This document shows positions 13,846-20,000 of a stretch of 20,000 nt of DNA, one piece after another (position 1 is the first letter of the stretch; each line of letters opens with the position of its first letter). This DNA is from Atractiella rhizophila. Taxonomy: Eukaryota. The DNA lies in assembly GCA_021432655.1 (NCBI GenBank), contig MU271403.1, positions 53,057-73,056 on the forward strand. Direction: 5' to 3'. The notes under the pieces are model-generated. The model saw only the letters and a list, made by a program, of their open reading frames with translations. It made no database searches and was not told the origin of the DNA. A program made the translations under genes and the position numbers.

Positions 13846-14791
13846 TCAACGTGTTCCAGAGATGGCTGAGAGAATTTTGACGAAACCTGGCAATAAATCG
13901 GACAAGCTGCATTTTTTCAAATGTATAAGCATCTCTGCTGGTCGAACGAACGGTCTCGATCCTAGATGTTCGTCTTCCTCCACAGCATCCATTGGACGAA
14001 TGTATTCTGAATGAAACCATTGAAAAGGTCTCCGACAAGTACACTGGTTATGTGCGAAAACAACGCCGAATACCCATGCACTCCTAGCCTCCTTCGTCTT
14101 GGACCAAGGGTAGACCTTCTCCTTACGAAAGCGAACGCACGGATACAGGTGCTGTGAAAGAAGGATATGGTTTACATCCCAAGGGGAGTATTTGCTGGCG
14201 GAAAGAGGAACAAGGCGAGACCCTTCTACTCGAAGGAAGAGGTCTTCACCCAGACCCAACTGGATATATCCCGGGACTCGCTGATGAGCTCGGATCTTGA
14301 CCATGAATGCATTTTGATGAATTGTAGGATGTAGTAGCGGGGGCAAAGAAGGGGAGTCCGATACCATGGACGTTTGGTTGAGCTGGAAGTGACCGATTTC
14401 TGGCACAGGATCTTTGTTCTGTTGGGAACTCTCTTCCACTGCCGTTCGTTCGTTCGTAGTGGCATGGAGCGAAAGGTTAGAGGATGCGGGAAGGTCAAGG
14501 CATTGGTAGTTCGATTGTGAAATCGCTGTCGTGCCCGAAACGTCTGGACTTTGTCCAACTGCACCAAACATTCATGTCTGTGTGGATGGACCACGGTACT
14601 TACCAAGGGCGCAAAGAAACTGAGCGAATCTGAGGTAGTTCATTATGTGGTGATAGCGGTGAGGATCTAAACGAGCATTAGCAACCTTGGAAATATAAGT
14701 TGCACTGACCTGTGAAAAGAAGACGAGACAGCTGGATATAAAGGGGGTCAAGAGTTGTATCCACTCCTGAATACTGGAAGTGGTTATCCAT
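13846..14791 (-). CDS. Hypothetical orphan protein, 3 exons, about 285 aa (330 aa if the in-frame ATG at 14926 is used); possible degenerate SH3-like domain
   Basis: Exons 14791-14710, 14666-14604 and 14558-13846. Intron 14709-14667 (gtcagt..gctaat..ttag) and intron 14603-14559 (gtaagt..gcag, which removes an in-frame TGA) join three separate ORF-track fragments into one frame of 858 nt. Confidence 0.6.
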
Positions 14792-15625
14792 GATGAGGAA
14801 TTGGTTCTCAAGGTTGCTTTTGATATAGATCTGGTGGCGGGAGGCTTTGAAGCTGGTGCAGTGGCGGAGGCGCAATCGGACCCTCCGCAAGTAGCCACAG
14901 ATCCATCTTTCAACAAGTCGAGACATCGGGGGAGCCTTCCTTTCGTTTGCCAGAATGCAGCTGAGGTGACAAGTTACGTTTGGGTTATGATACGGAAAGG
15001 AGGCTTACAAAAGATATGACCAAACTTCGGAAGCGCAACAACACCTGGAGATGCTAGCATCTCTGCCATGTTCATCAGCAGACCCGCCAGGGTCGTACTT
15101 CCAAAACCTGATAGTAACCATCGTGCACCGGCAAAGATCGCTTAGGACAGTCCCAAATGATGAAAAAGTGAAAAAGTGGTATGGGCAAAATTTGAGTGTC
15201 GAGATCGTCTTTTATAACGATCTGTCAAACCCCGCACAATCCTGGGCAAGTGGTGCAAACAAACGCGAAATGTAGGCTAAGCTACATGTCTCGTTGGTTT
15301 CGGCAGTTCAACTAGCCTGAGTATCCGCCCCCATCAACCTGCACCTCTCTGGTGCAACAATCGTCGATGTCAAGTCATGAACGCAACTGCAGATCCGTTG
15401 AACGACTTCTTGAGTCAATATGCAACATTCAGTCAGTGCAATTTGAATCGCTTTTCATTGACAGCCTACATTATTGACATATCTGAATATCTGATTCACA
15501 GGAGTATTACCTACCAAAAATCAGTAGTAGGATGTTTGAGCCGCTATGGCTCGAGTCTAGCAGAAAGAATGCCTGTTGACCTCCTAACCCATAGTCTCTG
15601 AGATGAACATACTGATTGTAATGAA

Positions 15626-18600
15626 TCAAGATTTTTCTTGTCTGGGGGGACGATCCCCCAGGGCACCGATGTCGTGAATCTCACTCCAAAGATTGAGAGG
15701 GTGTATGGGCATGTTCTTGTGTGCCTCGAAGCTTTTGATGAGTTCTCTCGCGTCAGCAGTATTCCTTCGGCCAGCTAACGACCCAGGAGGCGGATGTTGG
15801 CCTGGTATCTTGGTAATTCCTGTCAAGTTGTCGTCCGGCGGTGGCTGTTTCCGCCGTCGGAATAATGATTCCGTTGCGGCTGTAGCTTTCTTCTCCTTCT
15901 TTGCCACTTCGCTCTCCAGTCGTCGTAGAGTAGACTTGTACTTCGAGTCTCGATGCCGAAATCCGTCAAGGTACATCTTTATTGCGCTATCCAATATGTT
16001 TCAATAATGCGCCGATATTCAATGTCAATACACTTACCCTTCTTGTATGGCTCCCACTTCCTCGACCGGTCGTTGTAAAACAGCAATGTCCTCTTCTGCC
16101 TCCAATGGCCGCACCACACCGAATGTATTGATCCGCTCTCGTATCATGTGATTAGTAAAAACTGGCCGCTGGACATGTGGATTAATATTGCTGTTCAGAA
16201 GAGGGGAAGAACGTACGTGGAATGGCTGCAACGAGGTATAGATGCTATGCCTCTGGTCAACTTCTGTTGCATGCAGACAACGAAAGGGCGAACGTCTTAT
16301 CCAATCCTCTGACTTTGTTTCTTGGTCCTTCGACCTTTTTGTCGAGCCTGAGGACGCTAAGTCTCCTACTGAGAGCGACTCCTCCATTATTCGGCTCTTC
16401 GGTCTGTACAGGGGTGTCGGGTACTGCTTGCACCCATTTTGTGAAGCTAGCGACGCTCCGGAAGAGGTATTTGGCAGGGGTAGTGAATGAGAAGAGGATG
16501 AAGTCGTGGCATACGCCGTCGTAGATTTGTAGGTGGATGTCTGTTGGGCGATACTGTAATGCCTTCTGCGTGTATTCTGCCTGTGCATCTAGAAGAGATT
16601 GGCGAATGGGATACTTCGAGGGGTTTGAGGCCCTATGCGAAAGCTACTCTGTTGTTTAGCCCTTCTCATTGAGGTGGCTGAAGAACACACATATATGATC
16701 TCATCCCGCAGGCGTTCTTTATCACCGCAGGTGATGAGCAAAGGAGGTAATCCTGTGACAGTCTATCGGCAGGCTTCCATCGATATCATCCAACTTACCT
16801 CCCAAACTAGGCTGCATCAATGGGTTCACATATCGATAACACAGTTGTTCTGTTGTGGCATACATTTGAATCTGTTCGGAGAGCTCGATCGTTTTACCGT
16901 CAATCATGACCTTGAGGAGGCCGTCATCGTCTGCCTTCTCCTCTCCAGTAGCTTCGTCAGGTCGCTGTTTATCGCCCTTCTTCGGGCGGATTGATTCACT
17001 GACGATAGGTCGGAATCGTTTGCTCTCTGGATGGGGATGGGGCAGCGACGGCACTGGCCATAGAGCGGAGGGCTTGTGGACGAATCCGTAGTGTGCTGTA
17101 CACCATTTCGTCACTTTAAACTGAACTGAAACAGTGTAACATACGCAAGAAGTCCGTGTCTGCGTTCGCGATGACGGATGGAAAAGAGTGAGTGAGGTCG
17201 CACCAAGGGCTTATGAGGACTCCTCCAGCAGGAAGGGGGAGGTCTAGATCTCGTAGCACGCAGAGAAGATTTAGAGCGAGGTTTCCACCAGCCGAGTCAC
17301 CCGCAATTACGATCTTGTTCGGGTCGATGGCACGATGTTTGGCATCTTTCGGTGGGCGAATCAGGTATAGATACGCGGCGAGGACGTCTGCCAAAGCACA
17401 AGGGAAAGGGAACTGTGGTGCCAGCCGATAGCGAACGGCGAATGCTCGCCCTCCCATCTTGCGCGCATGTCGCCAGATGGTATATCTGCCAATAGAAAAG
17501 TGGTCACAACGGAAAGGAAAGGACCGCAGAAGGTATGCTTGCCTGTGAGTATTGATATCTCCCCAGTAGAAACCACCTCCCTGTTTCTCTCGTTCAGGTC
17601 AAGGAAGAAGAAGCAGAAGCAGCTCACGCTGTCTGCCTTTCAGCAAACGAGAATAGACATGGCAGGAATGACCTACTGAATGTACAGAATGACAGGCATG
17701 CTGTCCAAATGCTCCTCGTACTCTCCTTCATCATGCTCCGTCCGCTCAGCCTTTGGCAATTGCTGCTCTCTAGCCGCTTCGATTCCACTAGGCAGCTTCT
17801 TTTCATCCTGAGAACTGGTATTCGGTGTCGTGATCGTACTTTGCGGGAGGTTCGGATGCTGACTTGCATTAGACGTCCTCCGCATGAAAGAGGAGAGCTT
17901 TTGCCCAATGGAGGGTCTACGCGAAAGTTTGGAAGAAGTGGTAGGGGGAGAAGAAGGCGTCGTTGGCGGCGCTGATTTCGAACCTTGGAGGGGAACTGAG
18001 TCTGGTGGGTTTGCTGGTGCTGGTTGCGGCGGATGTTGACGGCGAGAGCCGAGGACGCGTGAAAAGAATTCGAAACCCTCCCCTCCCGTCGGACTCATAG
18101 GCTCGTTATCGTCCAATGAGGCTGACGAATCTTGAGGCAGATCCGGCCCTTTCCAGTCCCTGCTCCAAGATTCCCTCAGCCGTCGACTTGGTTAATCTAG
18201 AGGAAGCCGCACCGCTTCATTGATATCCATTCTGCTTCAACCCCATTAATGAGACGTCGCCTCCACCATTGAGTTCCACCAAAGACCTTGTTCATGTCCT
18301 CTTCTCCAATAGCTTGCACAATGTAGTTGTCCGCATCCTTACAAGACTCAGCAGAGATGATCGTTTTGAGGACGAGAATCCCTGGACAACAAAGGCTCTT
18401 CAGAGTAGCCGAGAGAGAGAGCAAAGATTCGACTCACAAGGAGGAGATGGTACATAGGCTTCTGAAAAGCGCTGTACATCTTCCACAGTATGTCGTGCCA
18501 GCCGTTCATTGAAATCTGGATTCCTTCAACTCTCCTCCCTTCGAAGAGGAGAGAAATCACCTCGCATAACATGGAAAGCTGCATCATAAGCAAACTCCTT

Positions 18601-18778
18601 ATTCGCCGGCCTGTCCAGCTACTCAGCTTCTAGAAAGAAAGGAATGAGGAGAGGCACACAGGTCATGAGAGTGAGAGGGCATCAGAAAATGCTTCGCCGT
18701 GGTCTTTGTGAGCTCCGTGAGGCCGCCCAAGCCCACAGTAAAGGTGTTGAGAGGCGGCTGCAGGTCTGGAAAGGGCAT
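15626..18778 (-). CDS. Hormone-sensitive-lipase (GDXG / Abhydrolase_3) family esterase/lipase, about 835 aa, 14 exons including a 1-nt exon
   Basis: Exons 18778-18660, 18610-18561, 18515-18438, 18381-18213, 18159-17677, 17628, 17580-17543, 17485-17145, 17095-16799, 16752-16691, 16643-16294, 16244-16217, 16168-16038 and 15986-15626 total 2508 nt in frame. Motifs: VILYIHGGGFYWG, YRLAPQFPFPCAL, nucleophile GDSAGG, ISPWCDLTHSFPS, GLPPLLITCGDKERLRDE, LQIYDGVCHD. Confidence 0.92.
17486..17542 (-). other. GC-AG intron (57 nt) in the hydrolase gene
   Basis: CAC AG|gcaagc...ttggcag|A TAT ACC ATC TGG CGA CAT. Removing it gives NTHRYTIWRHARKMGGR. Confidence 0.75.
17628..17628 (-). other. Predicted single-nucleotide micro-exon (C) of the hydrolase gene
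   Basis: The minus strand reads ATT CA|gtaggt...agacag|C|gtgagc...aaacag|GGA GGT GGT TTC, with flanking introns of 48 and 47 nt. Including the C gives I-H-G-G-G-F. Confidence 0.82.
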
Positions 18779-19095
18779 CTTGGTCGTTCAGTTCCTGGTC
18801 GTTCGCTATGCACTTTTATTCACAGTTGCAACGCCTTGTCCCGTTTCATACTTTCATGTGCCGCCGGCCTTCCACTTGGCGCAGCGCGTCGCGACACGAC
18901 ATTATTCACTTTCTTTCTTTCATCCATGTCAATTGCTCTTCTACCGATTTCAGTGAACTTGCGAAATATATGTTGCAATTTATGGTGGTGATACTAAACT
19001 ATTTGACGGCATCCTACAAGAAATAGGAACTCAGACAGAGTTCTTCAGTCATCCTCGTCCATCCCATCTGATCCGCTTGTCTTCCTAAGCTCTCC

Positions 19096-20000
19096 TCATG
19101 GCTGGACATTTTCAGCCTTCCTAATTTCGGCATTGTAACGAGCTGTGCCGCAAAAAATTGCGTGAGAAACTCGCAGGCAGAGTAAGCGGCGAACACCCAG
19201 ACTTACCTTCTTCAATCTTTCTCAGATTCTGCTTAACCATCACGAGCTTATCCCTGTCTTTCTTCGGAACGCTCGGTTCAAGTTTCAGCATTTCTAACAC
19301 CATCAACAACATTAGAACACAAGGATTGGGAGAAGAGCGAAACGACAGACCTCCCAACACAGCTCTGACAAGGTCAGCCATGTTTACTCCCTTCAAATCA
19401 GCTCCCCATCCAGCTACTGATAGCCTCATGACCTCACCCGTAAAATCTGCCATGCCTTCCATCCAATCTGTCGGGGTGAGCAGTATGTTCGGAGGAAGAG
19501 AGGGTCGTATTGGAGGAGGAGGATAAGCCGCTATGTCTGGATTCGAAGGCCGCAAGAGGAGGAAAAGCCAATGGTAGAGGAGCTGACTCTCTATCTTCCA
19601 CACATAAACAAAAACTCTTCATACAACCTAGCAAGTATAAAGACAAAGAGCTTACGAACTCCTGCAGGCCGCTCTTCCAAGCATGACCAAATCTCCACTC
19701 CATCCCCTTCATGTCCTCCTCCACACAAGCAGCTTCCACCTCCTCCCCTACACGCCTCCACAACCCGTAGATTTCCCGTGTCTGCTCCAAAGCGCCACGA
19801 AAAACGTCAGTCGGTGGGGAAGACTTCACGCGGTGGAGGTGGAAGATGAGCCGCTTCGAATGGATGGTCACGTCGCGAGAGGTCTTGATCAGTCGCTCCC
19901 GTCGGTCATACGCTTTGTTTAGGGAGTCCTTGTATGATTGGAAGATTGTTTGGGTGCGCGTAGTGCTTGTAGCTGGAGTGGAATCATGATGAGGCGGAGG
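19096..20000 (-). CDS. TSNAX: Translin-associated factor X (TRAX, catalytic subunit of C3PO); the 5' end lies outside the window
   Basis: Exons >20000-19656, 19594-19351, 19293-19207 and 19142-19096 stay in frame. Motifs: YDRRERLIKTSRDVTIHSKRLIFHLHR, SGLQEFIE, DWMEGMADFTGEVMR, KLVMVKQNLRKIEEARY..IR. Confidence 0.9.

Noticed and set aside
14569..14574. Adjacent TGA-ATG between two same-frame ORFs, suggesting readthrough or stop-start translation
   Set aside because: Both codons lie inside a canonical 45-nt intron (14603-14559).
15048..15063. Perfect 16-bp palindrome GAGATGCTAGCATCTC upstream of the orphan gene
   Set aside because: About 0.3 such palindromes are expected by chance in 20 kb (20000/4^8), and nothing else supports it.
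15583..15590. CCTAACCC, resembling a telomerase template or telomeric repeat
   Set aside because: Only 8 nt and not tandem; expected by chance.
17581..17676. Pseudogene or frameshift interpretation of the hydrolase gene
   Set aside because: All other exons and catalytic motifs are intact, and the 1-nt exon restores the frame with canonical splice sites.

Overview
Gene-dense, intron-rich fungal genomic DNA, most likely a basidiomycete (43-134 nt GT-AG introns with gtgagt/gtgcgt/gtacgt donors; basidiomycete-type BTB protein). Manual splicing gives eight protein-coding genes with consistent reading frames: SPB1 rRNA methyltransferase (-, runs off the left edge), a MATH-like/BTB protein (+), intronless RTT109 (+), an NVJ2/TEX2-like TM-PH-SMP protein (-), a TTC1-like TPR protein (-), a 3-exon orphan with a possible degenerate SH3-like fold (-), a 14-exon HSL-family alpha/beta hydrolase (-), and TRAX (-, starts beyond the right edge). 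The best finding is an apparent ONE-nucleotide exon at 17628. It is needed to build the His of the hydrolase HGGG oxyanion motif, and a GC-AG intron follows one exon later. No tRNA, rRNA, CRISPR array or recognisable transposon was seen. All family calls come from recalled motifs, not database searches.
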